Shown here piece by piece: positions 10,482-19,433 of a stretch of DNA of 43,364 nt. The translations under genes and the position numbers were made by a program. Each line of letters begins with the position of its first letter. The first letter of the stretch is position 1. The DNA is from Spirochaetota bacterium (GTDB lineage Bacteria; Spirochaetota; UBA4802; UBA5550). The stretch lies in assembly GCA_050298055.1 (NCBI GenBank), contig JBNKTL010000034.1, forward strand, positions 8,345 to 51,708, in the 5' to 3' direction. The notes under the pieces are model-generated. The model had not been told where the DNA came from, made no database searches, and saw only the letters and a list, made by a program, of their open reading frames with translations.

Positions 10482-11552
10482 TCAGAATCTCCATCCGAAA
10501 AAAAGTTCCCCCTCTATCACTTCTGCTCTTACATTGGTGTTCTCCTGGTCCTTCCCCCACCACCTTCTGGTTGCGGTATAGTCCCCGGTCAGCATCAGGC
10601 CGAAAAACAATCTCTCGGAATTGCGGCCTGCTCCTATCCTGAGGTTCCCTTTCCCGGACATGGCCCAGGTTTTAATCTCCCCTGAGTCTGTTGTATATTC
10701 CTTCTTCATTATTCCTCCTCCCAGAAACGCCCCTAATGTCAGGTAGTACTTAACTTTGAATACAAAGGTATAGGCGTAACCGGGGGACAGGCTCAAACTG
10801 GTAAAGTGTCCCTCCCTGAATCCGGAATACTCCCGGTAGTAGATCTCCTGGTTTGCAGGTATAAGGGAATAATCACTTTCAACCTGGAACCGTGTTAATG
10901 AGAACATGGCCAGCAATGAACCGCGGGAAACCCTCTGTCTTTCAGACTGGTTTACTGCGGCCCTGAATGAAAAAGTATCGTCAAAAATATAGTAGAGGTT
11001 CAATCCGAATGTCCTTATCCTGAGATCCGAACGGACAGTCTCGGGGTCTCCCTGTGTGTACCCAAAATCTTCGGAATCGGTCAGGTAGAAACCGGTGTAG
11101 TCCTGTGAGTAGAGGTCAATCCCGAAACTGCCGGCATAGTAGTAAAACTGGAAATCCCTGTATTCAGTCTTCCCGTAAACGTCCCTGTCCTTTTCCGAGT
11201 TTTTTAATGTCCGTCCAAGGGAGAGGCCTATTCCCCTGTAATCGATGCTTACGCCGCCGTTTGAAAAAACATTTGGTGAGTACTTGATTTGCTTTGAGTT
11301 GTCCTCTTCACCCTTTTCAGGATGGTACTGGATAACAAGGTTGAGCAGGGGTTTGTTGATATAGATTCTTACAAGGTATTGTTCATTGAATTCGGTTATG
11401 TATTTTGTTCTCATCAATCCCGAGTCAGCTGGAGAATCCTTTTCCCTGCTGTTGCCAGGGATGGTTGTATCTTCCGCATGGAGAGGTGAGAGCGGTATGA
11501 AGAAGAATGTCAGAGTAAAGAAAAATGAAAACAAAGGAATCTTTTTCATCAT
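10482..11552 (-). CDS. Outer-membrane beta-barrel protein, DUF4421-like
   Basis: Signal peptide, alternating beta strands, QSERQRVSRGS motif, C-terminal FFGWRF barrel signal. Confidence 0.75.
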   Translation of the reverse strand: MMKKIPLFSFFFTLTFFFIPLSPLHAEDTTIPGNSREKDSPADSGLMRTKYITEFNEQYLVRIYINKPLLNLVIQYHPEKGEEDNSKQIKYSPNVFSNGGVSIDYRGIGLSLGRTLKNSEKDRDVYGKTEYRDFQFYYYAGSFGIDLYSQDYTGFYLTDSEDFGYTQGDPETVRSDLRIRTFGLNLYYIFDDTFSFRAAVNQSERQRVSRGSLLAMFSLTRFQVESDYSLIPANQEIYYREYSGFREGHFTSLSLSPGYAYTFVFKVKYYLTLGAFLGGGIMKKEYTTDSGEIKTWAMSGKGNLRIGAGRNSERLFFGLMLTGDYTATRRWWGKDQENTNVRAEVIEGELFFGWRF

Positions 11553-11706
11553 CTACCTCCCCGAATCCGGATTTCATGGATCTTACTCTATCTGTATGAT
11601 AATCACAAGGATAAAATTAATCGGGATTAAAATTATTTCACAATTTATTCCAAATCTTTTGTTTTGCCGATAGTAATTATGTTCATTAATAATGAGTAAA
11701 GTGTTT

Positions 11707-12936
11707 TTACGAAAAGGAAAACTCCTCGTTAACGATCATCTCCAGCAGCCTGTGGCCCTCTTTAACAAAGAGTCCTGTTTCTGCCGCTGATTTTTCACTA
11801 TAGCTTTTTGCGGGAGAATTATTTCGATGTCTCCACTCCCTGTTCCTGTAGATGGCAAAGGGTACCGGGTCCGATGTGTGAGTACGGAGTTTCAGTGGTG
11901 TGGGATGATCAGGGGTGACGAGGATTGTAAAGTCATCATGTTTTTTTAATCCATGAAGAACAGGACCCACTATCCGGGAATCAAAATCTTCAATTGCCTT
12001 TATCTTGTGTTCCAGGTTTCCCTCGTGTCCCGATTCATCCGGTGATTCAACATGAAGATAGATGAAATTGGCCCTGTTTATTCCCTCAAGAAGTGCTTTC
12101 GCCTTGCCTTCGTAGTTGGTGTCAATATAACCTGTTGCCCCTTCAACGTGGATCGGTTCAAGACCGGCGGCTTTCCCGATTCCATGGATGAGATCAACTG
12201 CTGATATTGTATAGCCGGAGAGTCCCCGTATTTCCCCCAGGGTTTTCATCGCGGGTTTGTGTCCTCCTCCCCATATCCATGCTGAAACAGGTTTCCCCTG
12301 ATATTTTAATGCTGCATCTCTGATCCTTGAGGATTCACGGATAACCTTTTCCGAGCGTTTCATAATATCGAGGATAAGACCGGAGCCGTCACCTGCTGGA
12401 AGATATGCGTCAATAACCCTGTCGTGTATATCATGGGGGGGGGTTGATCCCGTTATTTCCTTGTGCGGATAGTTGCGCCAGATGATTGTATTTCTGTAAG
12501 ACACACCGGGATAATATTCGATGTTATCCAGCCTGATATTTTCCGCGAGCTCTTCCATGACGATTTGAGAAAATTCCGAATCAATATGACCGCCGCTGAA
12601 GTCTTTCATCCTGTTGTCTTCGATAGTTACAATGTTGCACCTGAACGCGGCATCCTTTTCTCCCATCTCTATGCCCATGCTTAAAGCTTCAAGGGGAGAC
12701 CGCCCTGTATAGTAGATTTTCGGGTCATAGCCGAATAACGAGAGGTTGGCAGTATCGCTTCCCGGTGCCATTCCCTCAGGGATGGTATTGACCAGGCCTG
12801 AAATTCCGTTGGATGCAATATAATCCATGTTCGGGGTGTGGGCCGCTTCAAGGGGCGTTCTGTTCCCCAGGCTTTCAACGGGATAGTCCGCCATTCCGTC
12901 ACCCAGGAGGACCACATATTTTCTTTTACTGTTCAT
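11707..12936 (-). CDS. apgM: Cofactor-independent phosphoglycerate mutase, ApgM type
   Basis: GDGMAD, TPLEAAHTPNMD, PGSDTANL, DESGHEG, PDHPTP, HTSDPVPF. Start moved to the ATG at 12936. Confidence 0.9.
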   Translation of the reverse strand: MNSKRKYVVLLGDGMADYPVESLGNRTPLEAAHTPNMDYIASNGISGLVNTIPEGMAPGSDTANLSLFGYDPKIYYTGRSPLEALSMGIEMGEKDAAFRCNIVTIEDNRMKDFSGGHIDSEFSQIVMEELAENIRLDNIEYYPGVSYRNTIIWRNYPHKEITGSTPPHDIHDRVIDAYLPAGDGSGLILDIMKRSEKVIRESSRIRDAALKYQGKPVSAWIWGGGHKPAMKTLGEIRGLSGYTISAVDLIHGIGKAAGLEPIHVEGATGYIDTNYEGKAKALLEGINRANFIYLHVESPDESGHEGNLEHKIKAIEDFDSRIVGPVLHGLKKHDDFTILVTPDHPTPLKLRTHTSDPVPFAIYRNREWRHRNNSPAKSYSEKSAAETGLFVKEGHRLLEMIVNEEFSFS

Positions 12937-13009
12937 ACTTGATTTTTTATTAATTGCACGGGTACCTGTCAATAAAAAAGAAAGTCTGTTAAAGAAGTTT
13001 TCTTTTACT

Positions 13010-13220
13010 TGTCATAGCGGGCACAGCATGGCTCATCTCGATACGATCCTGCTCTCCGGGTAGCCAGGAAACGTATCAAGATGCAGGATCACTCGATGAG
13101 CAACTGTTGTGTTCCCCGAGTGATTTGCCGCTTTATTGATACAGTGCTTTCTGTTTTAAAATGCGGCAAATTATATCGAGGGGAACAGATCATTACGTCA
13201 CTTCGTTCCTCATAATGACA
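13010..13220. repeat. Composite palindromic element: TGTCAT...ATGACA ends enclosing two long hairpins
   Basis: Ends match the reverse complement of the ends of 35590-35703. Internal hairpins at 13031-13101 and 13110-13187. Confidence 0.8.
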
Positions 13221-13327
13221 GAGCCAGTAATTTATAAATTCAGTACTAAAAATGAATTGATCTTAAACAAAAACTAGTAATATTATGTGAATAATAATTC
13301 AGGATCTGCATATAAGCGAGGTCTCCA

Positions 13328-14077
13328 ATGAAAAATATCAATAGAACGATCGGGTGGTTCTCTCTCCTTGTTTTTACTCTTCTTCATTTCAGCTGCATCA
13401 CGGGCGGGCTGGTTTTACACCCCCGCAGTAAAGAAAAGTCACAATGCTCTGCTTCACCCCGGCTGGCATCATACAGGATAAAAAACATTGCTGTTTTTCC
13501 CTTTGATCCAAGTCCGAAAACCGAGAAGGGGGACTATGTCCCTCCCTATGCCAGGAGAAAGCATAAACCGATTCCAAAGTATATACACCTTGAGGATGAC
13601 GGGAATGTTGTTGCCACCAGCTTTGAAAAGCAGTTAATCAGGACTTATAAGTACAGGGTTGTGGACAGGCGAAAGATCAACAGGATCGTTAAGGAGATTG
13701 AGCTCCGGCAAACAGGGCTTATGGATGAAAAAGACCTGGCAAAAATAGGAAAGCTCACGGGGGCCGACGCAGTCATAACCGGTAAAATAAATATGACTGC
13801 CGCGGCGCTGCAGTGGCAGTCGTACGGTGATATTGTTTATGCGGCTTATATCGGGTATGTTAACCTGCAGCTTCGTATGACGGATGTGGAAACAGGGGAG
13901 GTTGTCTGGGTCTGTGATGTGAAGCGGAACAGCCTGAATTATATCAATAATCCGATAACTATCAGCAGCAGCAATGATATACCGAAACTGGCGGTTTTTG
14001 GAGGTCCCGCGGCCAAGGATCTTATCATGTTTGTTCTGGATAAGGCATTTGTCGAGGCAATTGAGGAAATTAAATAA
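13328..14077 (+). CDS. CsgG/HfaB-like putative lipoprotein
   Basis: Lipobox-like LHFSC. IAVFPF and YRVVDRRKINRIVKEIELRQTGL...IGKLTGADAVITG...LRMTDVETGEVVW. Confidence 0.8.
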   Translation: MKNINRTIGWFSLLVFTLLHFSCITGGLVLHPRSKEKSQCSASPRLASYRIKNIAVFPFDPSPKTEKGDYVPPYARRKHKPIPKYIHLEDDGNVVATSFEKQLIRTYKYRVVDRRKINRIVKEIELRQTGLMDEKDLAKIGKLTGADAVITGKINMTAAALQWQSYGDIVYAAYIGYVNLQLRMTDVETGEVVWVCDVKRNSLNYINNPITISSSNDIPKLAVFGGPAAKDLIMFVLDKAFVEAIEEIK

Positions 14078-15231
14078 TGCCAATGATAACATGTCTGAAT
14101 AGTGTTCTTTTAGCGGCTGTTATTCTTATTCTCGGCTGTTCCGGCGCTTCTGTTGCCGGACAGACCTGGGAGAAAAATTTCGGTAAGAACAGCAGGGACA
14201 GGATACTTGCCTGTGAGAAGGTCGAGGGAGGATACCTGGTTACCGGATACGCCGTGTCAAAAAGAACTCATGAAGATGTCCTGGTCATGAAACTTGATCC
14301 CGCCGGAAAGTTCCTGTGGGGGAGGAGATACGGGGGAAAAGAGTATGACCGCGGTTATTCCCTGGCCGGGTCAGATTACGGTTTTGTTGTCGTGGGGACA
14401 ACCGATTCGGGGAGCAGAGGTGCCAGGGATATATGGATCCTGGGTCTTGACAGAGAGGGTGATATCGTATGGAACAAGATAATTGGCGGTTTTAAAGAGG
14501 ATTACGGTTTTGCGGTCAAGAGACTCAGCGATGGTTTTATCATAGCCGGAACAACCGGTTCCTTCAATATCAGCGGTCAGCAGATATGGGTAATCAGGCT
14601 TGACAGGGATGGCAAGACAGTCTGGGATAAGAAGTATGGTATCAATAAAATCAGCTACTGTTATGATATTGATATAACAGGGGAAGGTTTCGTCCTTACC
14701 GGGAGCACGTTGAATGGCAACAACTACGACCTTGTTGTTATTGTGATAGATCAATTTGGAGAAAGGCTCTGGGACAGGGTGTATGGCGGCAGCGGAGATG
14801 AATTCGGAAGATCGGTGAGGCGGGTTGAAGATGGCTTTGTTGTTGCAGGTTCAACAAGCTCAAAGGGCTCAGGGGGAAGCGATGCATGGGTCCTCAGGCT
14901 TAATGAGAAGGGAAGTATCCTCTGGGAAGGGAGTTTTGGCAGAGGCGGCAGTGATTCTGCTGAGAGAATTGCCGTATCGGGTGAGGATTTTATTATTGCC
15001 GGTTATTCATCTGACAGGATCAATCTCTTTAAAAGGCAGGCCTGGATTTTCAAACTTGATAAAAACGGTGTTCTCCTCTGGAGCAGGATGTTTGAAAATG
15101 CATCTTATGCGGCAGGTGTGGTCGTAGAAAAAAGCGGTTATTTTGTTACGGGTTCACTGACAAACCCGGTTGATAAAAAAAAGGGGTTCTGGGCTGCCAG
15201 GCTCAATAAAAACGGTCTCATTGAAAAATGA
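14077..15231 (+). CDS. Exported beta-propeller repeat protein
   Basis: About 7 repeats of GFVVAG.T.S....D.WVL.LD..G...W.K.YGG. Signal peptide with ILGC. TAATG overlap with the upstream gene. Confidence 0.85.
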   Translation: MPMITCLNSVLLAAVILILGCSGASVAGQTWEKNFGKNSRDRILACEKVEGGYLVTGYAVSKRTHEDVLVMKLDPAGKFLWGRRYGGKEYDRGYSLAGSDYGFVVVGTTDSGSRGARDIWILGLDREGDIVWNKIIGGFKEDYGFAVKRLSDGFIIAGTTGSFNISGQQIWVIRLDRDGKTVWDKKYGINKISYCYDIDITGEGFVLTGSTLNGNNYDLVVIVIDQFGERLWDRVYGGSGDEFGRSVRRVEDGFVVAGSTSSKGSGGSDAWVLRLNEKGSILWEGSFGRGGSDSAERIAVSGEDFIIAGYSSDRINLFKRQAWIFKLDKNGVLLWSRMFENASYAAGVVVEKSGYFVTGSLTNPVDKKKGFWAARLNKNGLIEK

Positions 15232-15233
15232 GG

Positions 15234-15650
15234 TCAGCTCCCTTTCGTTATCCAGACTGATCCGTCGGAATAAAATTCCTTTTTCCATACAGGCACTTTC
15301 ATTTTAATCTCGTCTATGATAAACATGCATGCTGAAAAGGAGTCCTGCCTGTGCGGTGATGATACTGCAATCACAATACTCGCCTCTCCGATATTAACGG
15401 TCCCATACCTGTGGATGACCGTACAGCAGCTCAGTTCCCATTTCTCCATTGCATTATCAACTATTTTCTCAAGCTCTTTCCGGGCCATTGATTCATAGAG
15501 CTCATATTCCAGCTTCAGAACCTCTTTGCCCTCTGACCTGTTCCGTGCCCGGCCGGTAAAGCTTACCAGCGCTCCGTCCGACCGGGTCCCCGTTTCCCGT
15601 ATGATCCTTTCAACATCGATAGGTTCTTTCTGAAATGCGGTTTTTTTCAT
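15234..15650 (-). CDS. moaE: Molybdopterin synthase catalytic subunit
   Basis: GALVSFTG.AR, LEYE.Y..MA, HRYG, SSPHR, PVWKKE. Confidence 0.95.
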   Translation of the reverse strand: MKKTAFQKEPIDVERIIRETGTRSDGALVSFTGRARNRSEGKEVLKLEYELYESMARKELEKIVDNAMEKWELSCCTVIHRYGTVNIGEASIVIAVSSPHRQDSFSACMFIIDEIKMKVPVWKKEFYSDGSVWITKGS

Positions 15651-15653
15651 TGT

Positions 15654-15899
15654 TTATCCTCCGCTGACCGGTGGAAAAACAGCCAGTGCATCATTCTGTT
15701 TCAGAACAGTTTCCCGGGCGCAGTACTCTTCATTTACGGCGGTAATTAATGTTTCCTTAATTTCAAGGAGAGCGGGATATTTGTCACAGAGGACATCAAT
15801 AACTTCACCGATTGTCATATTATCAGTCACATCTAATGATACTTCTTCATGACCGAAGATATCCCTAACAGTTGCAAAAGTCTTTATTTTTATCAGCAT
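15654..15899 (-). CDS. moaD: Molybdopterin synthase sulfur carrier subunit
   Basis: 81 aa, AVNEEY, C-terminal FPPVSGG, directly upstream of moaE. Confidence 0.95.
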   Translation of the reverse strand: MLIKIKTFATVRDIFGHEEVSLDVTDNMTIGEVIDVLCDKYPALLEIKETLITAVNEEYCARETVLKQNDALAVFPPVSGG

Positions 15900-16130
15900 C
15901 TTCTCATTTCCTCTTAAACATGGATCGAGATAAGTTTATAAAATGGCTTTCAGTATTAATCGGGGCCAAATCCATGTAAACATATTTTTTACTTTTCAGT
16001 GCCTCTGCGGCAGATTCTCAATTTTTAGAAATAAATAGTGTTTAAAAATGAAAATATTTCCGAAATATATTAATGAAGAGGCAAAAGATATGCCGGCGGT
16101 ATCAATGTCTAATAATTCCGAGGTAATAAA

Positions 16131-16262
16131 ATGTATTGTTCCAAGTGCGCAAAAAAAATAAATGAGTTAAACCACTTTTATGTCCCCGTTAAAGGAAGAA
16201 AAGACGGTATGAGGGTCTGTGTTAAGTGTGCCAGGGAAGAGAAGATCGTTACCCTGGTATAA
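16131..16262 (+). CDS. 43-aa putative zinc-binding microprotein (absent from the ORF track)
   Basis: MYCSKCAKKINELNHFYVPVKGRKDGMRVCVKCAREEKIVTLV. Two CxxC motifs, SD GAGGT 6 nt before the ATG, terminator-like hairpin just downstream. Confidence 0.75.
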   Translation: MYCSKCAKKINELNHFYVPVKGRKDGMRVCVKCAREEKIVTLV

Positions 16263-16270
16263 ACAGAATT

Positions 16271-16297
16271 AAAAAAAGGGGTGAAGAACACCCCTTT
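16271..16297 (-). terminator. Intrinsic terminator of flaA, possibly bidirectional
   Basis: AAAAAAAGGGGTG-AAGAA-CACCCCTTT between convergent genes. U-tract on the minus strand. Confidence 0.75.
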
Positions 16298-16322
16298 CCC
16301 AGCTTCATATATTTTTTCTCTT

Positions 16323-17006
16323 CTACCAGTCGTCAGTTTGCCTGTCCGAATATTTCTCTCTTACCCTTGCGGAAATATCATCAATATAAAAATACTGCCA
16401 CTTTGGTCTCAACAGCTTTGTATTGCCGGGCTGGTATATTAATTTTGTTATCTTGATGACTTTCTTCTGGCTGAGAAATTCATCTTCCTGTGCAACTTTT
16501 TTGGGGACTTTGACGGTCAGTTTTCTCCATCCGAGAAAGTTGAGTTTCCCGAATACAAGCCTGTGGGCGCTGCCGTTTGCGTCTTCAACAAAAATAGAAA
16601 GTTCCCCGGTAAAGCCCTTCCCGTATACCCATGCGCTGATAGAAGAGCAGTTTTTCTTTATGATCATTGGATTGGGCGGAATAATTGAAAAATAGTCACC
16701 ACTTCTTCCATAAATCTTTACTCCCAGGTACTTCTTTGATTTTTTAACAGGTGCGGGATACTGGTCTCTTATTGAAAGGTCGCCGTCCTGGTTCTTTTTT
16801 ACTACCCTGAATTTTAAATTGCTTTTTGAATAATTTGTACTTTCGAAATCTTCAAGTATAGATTCAAAATATACATTTGCAGGTCTTTTTACCTCCTCTT
16901 CGCTCTTTTTTTCAGCTTTTTTCTCAACCTTTTTCTCCTGTGCGTTGAGCAGAGACAGGGAGAAGAGAAGGAGCAGGATCATAGATAATATAAACTTTTT
17001 ATTCAT
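16323..17006 (-). CDS. flaA: Flagellar filament outer layer (sheath) protein FlaA
   Basis: Signal peptide, LEDFE, KYLGVK, ISAWVYG, FGKLNFLGWRKL, YFYIDD, DDW C-terminus. SD GGAGG. Confidence 0.88.
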   Translation of the reverse strand: MNKKFILSMILLLLFSLSLLNAQEKKVEKKAEKKSEEEVKRPANVYFESILEDFESTNYSKSNLKFRVVKKNQDGDLSIRDQYPAPVKKSKKYLGVKIYGRSGDYFSIIPPNPMIIKKNCSSISAWVYGKGFTGELSIFVEDANGSAHRLVFGKLNFLGWRKLTVKVPKKVAQEDEFLSQKKVIKITKLIYQPGNTKLLRPKWQYFYIDDISARVREKYSDRQTDDW

Positions 17007-17143
17007 TAAATGTCCTCCGGATTTTTTGTTTTAAACACCGTAAAAACCAGAAATCAGTGCCTCAAAATATATTTTCTAAAAATTTAATAAAAAATTGACA
17101 TTGTTTTATTAACATAGTATTTGTATAATAACCAACTAGAGTA

Positions 17144-17172
17144 ATTTTAATATGAAGATTAATAGATGTCAA
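17144..17172 (-). promoter_or_regulatory. Sigma70-type promoter for flaA
   Basis: Minus strand TTGACA-N17-TAAAAT, about 140 nt upstream of flaA. Confidence 0.65.
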
Positions 17173-17249
17173 ATAATTCTTCGATGAATAGAGGAAAAAA
17201 TTGTAACTATGCAGATATTCGCAGATATTCATAAAAAAGAGAACTGATG

Positions 17250-17322
17250 TGTCTCCGCTGTCTTGGGCGGCGGGGACATATTGTTGATATTTTGTTGAAT
17301 ATGTATATTTTAATTATATAGC
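17250..17322. repeat. Dispersed GC-rich hairpin element, copy 2 (inverted relative to copy 1)
   Basis: TGTCTCCGCTGTC-TTG-GGCGGCGGGGACATATTGTTGATA...ATTATATAG. Confidence 0.8.
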
Positions 17323-17375
17323 TGAGTAATAACAAATAAACTTTCACATATTCTTGTTGATAAACCGGAGAGATA

Positions 17376-17762
17376 ATGGATAAAAGACAAACTGACAGGT
17401 TGATGATATCTGAAGTGACCCGTAATTTTATCAGTGAAGATAAAATTAATATTGAATTTGATGCCGGTGAAAAGATAAAAGGGAAAGCTGTTAATATATC
17501 GCAGAATGGTATTGGCTTTGAGGTAAGAGGACTGAGCAGGACCCTGATAGATGAAATTGTTGATGGTGAAGAAATGTTCTTGAAACTCTATGCGGGGGAT
17601 GATTTTATTCTTGCCGGTGTTAAGATTAAATGGTCCCTCGTAAAAGAAGAAAAGGGGGAAACTGTTTTCAAAGGGGGGACAGAGATCAATATCATTTCCC
17701 ATGAAGATAATCTGAAGCTTGCTGATTTCATTGAAAAGATCAGAAGTTCAATATCTGTATGA
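17376..17762 (+). CDS. PilZ domain protein (putative c-di-GMP receptor)
   Basis: RxxxR (RQTDR) and NxSxxG (NISQNG) motifs, VKIKW strand. SD GGAG. Confidence 0.8.
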   Translation: MDKRQTDRLMISEVTRNFISEDKINIEFDAGEKIKGKAVNISQNGIGFEVRGLSRTLIDEIVDGEEMFLKLYAGDDFILAGVKIKWSLVKEEKGETVFKGGTEINIISHEDNLKLADFIEKIRSSISV

Positions 17763-19429
17763 AATTATTTTCCGTATATAAACCTGCTAAAAATGCGAAA
17801 CTGCTTTTTATCACTTCGTTTTTTCTCCTGACAATTGTTATTAAAGCTGACCTGCAGGCAGTCGAAAAAAGAGACTTCACGTGGTACTGGTTTCTTTATG
17901 AGAAGGAATCATCCCCTTTTTACAACAGTATTGTCTACAGGCCCTTTTTTTTAAAAAACAGAAGCAGGAAAGGCATCTATAGAGGTTCTCTCATGCCAAT
18001 TATCTACTGGGGATATGAAACAGAGAGGAAGAAGGAATGGAAGGGATTGATCGGTCTTCTCGGATCCCTGGATTATACACATAACAGCGGTGTTAAAGAC
18101 TATGACTTTGGATTCTTCCCTTTTGTTTTCTATGGGGATTCTGTTGATCCCAGGGACCGTTACCTGCTCATATGGCCCTTTGGCGGGACACTAAAAGGGA
18201 AGTTCGCTCATGAAGAGATATCCCCCTGGGTGTTTCCCGGTTTTCTTCTCTTTATCTTCTATCCGCCGTCATCAATCTTTTCCCTGAAAACTGCCGCTTA
18301 TATGATACTCTCTCTTCTCCCGTTGTATGTTACCTTTAAGGACAGGGATTACAGGGCCTGGTCATTTGCCTGGCCCCTTATCCTCAGGGGAAAAAGCAAA
18401 ACCATGGATGAACTCAGGGTGCTTCCCTTTTATTCCCGTAAGATAAAAAAAGGTTATTATGAAAATTATTCATACGGTATGATTATAAATTACAGAAAGG
18501 TATTCTACAAAGAGGATGTGCATAAGACCTTTTTCCTGCTGCCATTTTACGGGAAAAAATGGAGCAGGTCCCGGAGGATGGGGGCCTCTGCCCTCCTCTG
18601 GCCTCTCTTCTCCTGGGGATATGACAGGCGCTCCGGAGAGTTGGAGGTCAATCTTCCTTGGCCCCTGGTTCAGATAAAGGACAGTGAGAATCCGAAAATT
18701 ACAAAGAGGATTTTCTTCCCTTTTTACGGGCTGTATAAATATCTTGAAAATGAAACATTTTTTGTGACGCCCCTCTATTTCACACTGAAGAAAAAAGCTG
18801 CAACCTATACATCAGAGTACTATATCAACTTCCTGATCGTATGGTACTTTAAAAGAGACTATACCTATGACCATAAGTATTACGGGAAATCATGGAGGTA
18901 TTTCAAGGTCTGGCCCCTCTTCCAGTATGAGAAAAATGACAGGGGCGATACCTCATTCAACTTTCTCTCACTGCTTCCCTTTCGGGACCCCTTCGGCTAT
19001 GAGAAGATGTACCAGCCCTTCTGGTCCATAATAGAGTATAAAAAGTTCAGTGACGGAGAAAAAAGGCTGGGTCTCCTGTTAAGGACATACTACCAGAGAT
19101 GGGATGATAAGTCCTTTACGGCCAAGATGGCATTTATTATTCCGATAATTACTTATTCCGACTATAATGATAAAGTAACTGAATTATCTTTTCTCTTCTC
19201 CATGTTCGCATATACGAACAGCAGTACCGGGAGTTATCTCAGGTTTTTCTGGATCCCCATAAGAATCGGCGAAGGGGACAGTGACCTGAAAGAAGCAGAT
19301 CTGAAAAAAAGAGAGAAGAATTCCGAGAATAATGAGCTTGCGCTTAACTATTTATACAATTTTAACCTTGAAAAAAACACAGATAACAGGGTGTTAAACC
19401 AATTTGCCGTTTCACACAGGATATTTTGA
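17759..19429 (+). CDS. Exported aromatic/proline repeat protein associated with an MCE transporter
   Basis: N-terminal hydrophobic signal. Many recurrent [WLF]P[FL][FY]-type motifs. ATGA overlap with the PilZ gene, ends 4 nt before mlaE. Confidence 0.8.
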   Translation: MKLFSVYKPAKNAKLLFITSFFLLTIVIKADLQAVEKRDFTWYWFLYEKESSPFYNSIVYRPFFLKNRSRKGIYRGSLMPIIYWGYETERKKEWKGLIGLLGSLDYTHNSGVKDYDFGFFPFVFYGDSVDPRDRYLLIWPFGGTLKGKFAHEEISPWVFPGFLLFIFYPPSSIFSLKTAAYMILSLLPLYVTFKDRDYRAWSFAWPLILRGKSKTMDELRVLPFYSRKIKKGYYENYSYGMIINYRKVFYKEDVHKTFFLLPFYGKKWSRSRRMGASALLWPLFSWGYDRRSGELEVNLPWPLVQIKDSENPKITKRIFFPFYGLYKYLENETFFVTPLYFTLKKKAATYTSEYYINFLIVWYFKRDYTYDHKYYGKSWRYFKVWPLFQYEKNDRGDTSFNFLSLLPFRDPFGYEKMYQPFWSIIEYKKFSDGEKRLGLLLRTYYQRWDDKSFTAKMAFIIPIITYSDYNDKVTELSFLFSMFAYTNSSTGSYLRFFWIPIRIGEGDSDLKEADLKKREKNSENNELALNYLYNFNLEKNTDNRVLNQFAVSHRIF

Positions 19430-19433
19430 CAGA

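Noticed and set aside
16040..16066. Sigma28 promoter for the microprotein (TCCGAAAT)
   Set aside because: The nearest TAAA is 12 nt away rather than about 15, so the support is too weak.
16226..16456. 76-aa plus-strand ORF from the track
   Set aside because: It crosses the terminator and runs antisense into flaA. The 43-aa ORF at 16131-16262 has a better SD and motif.
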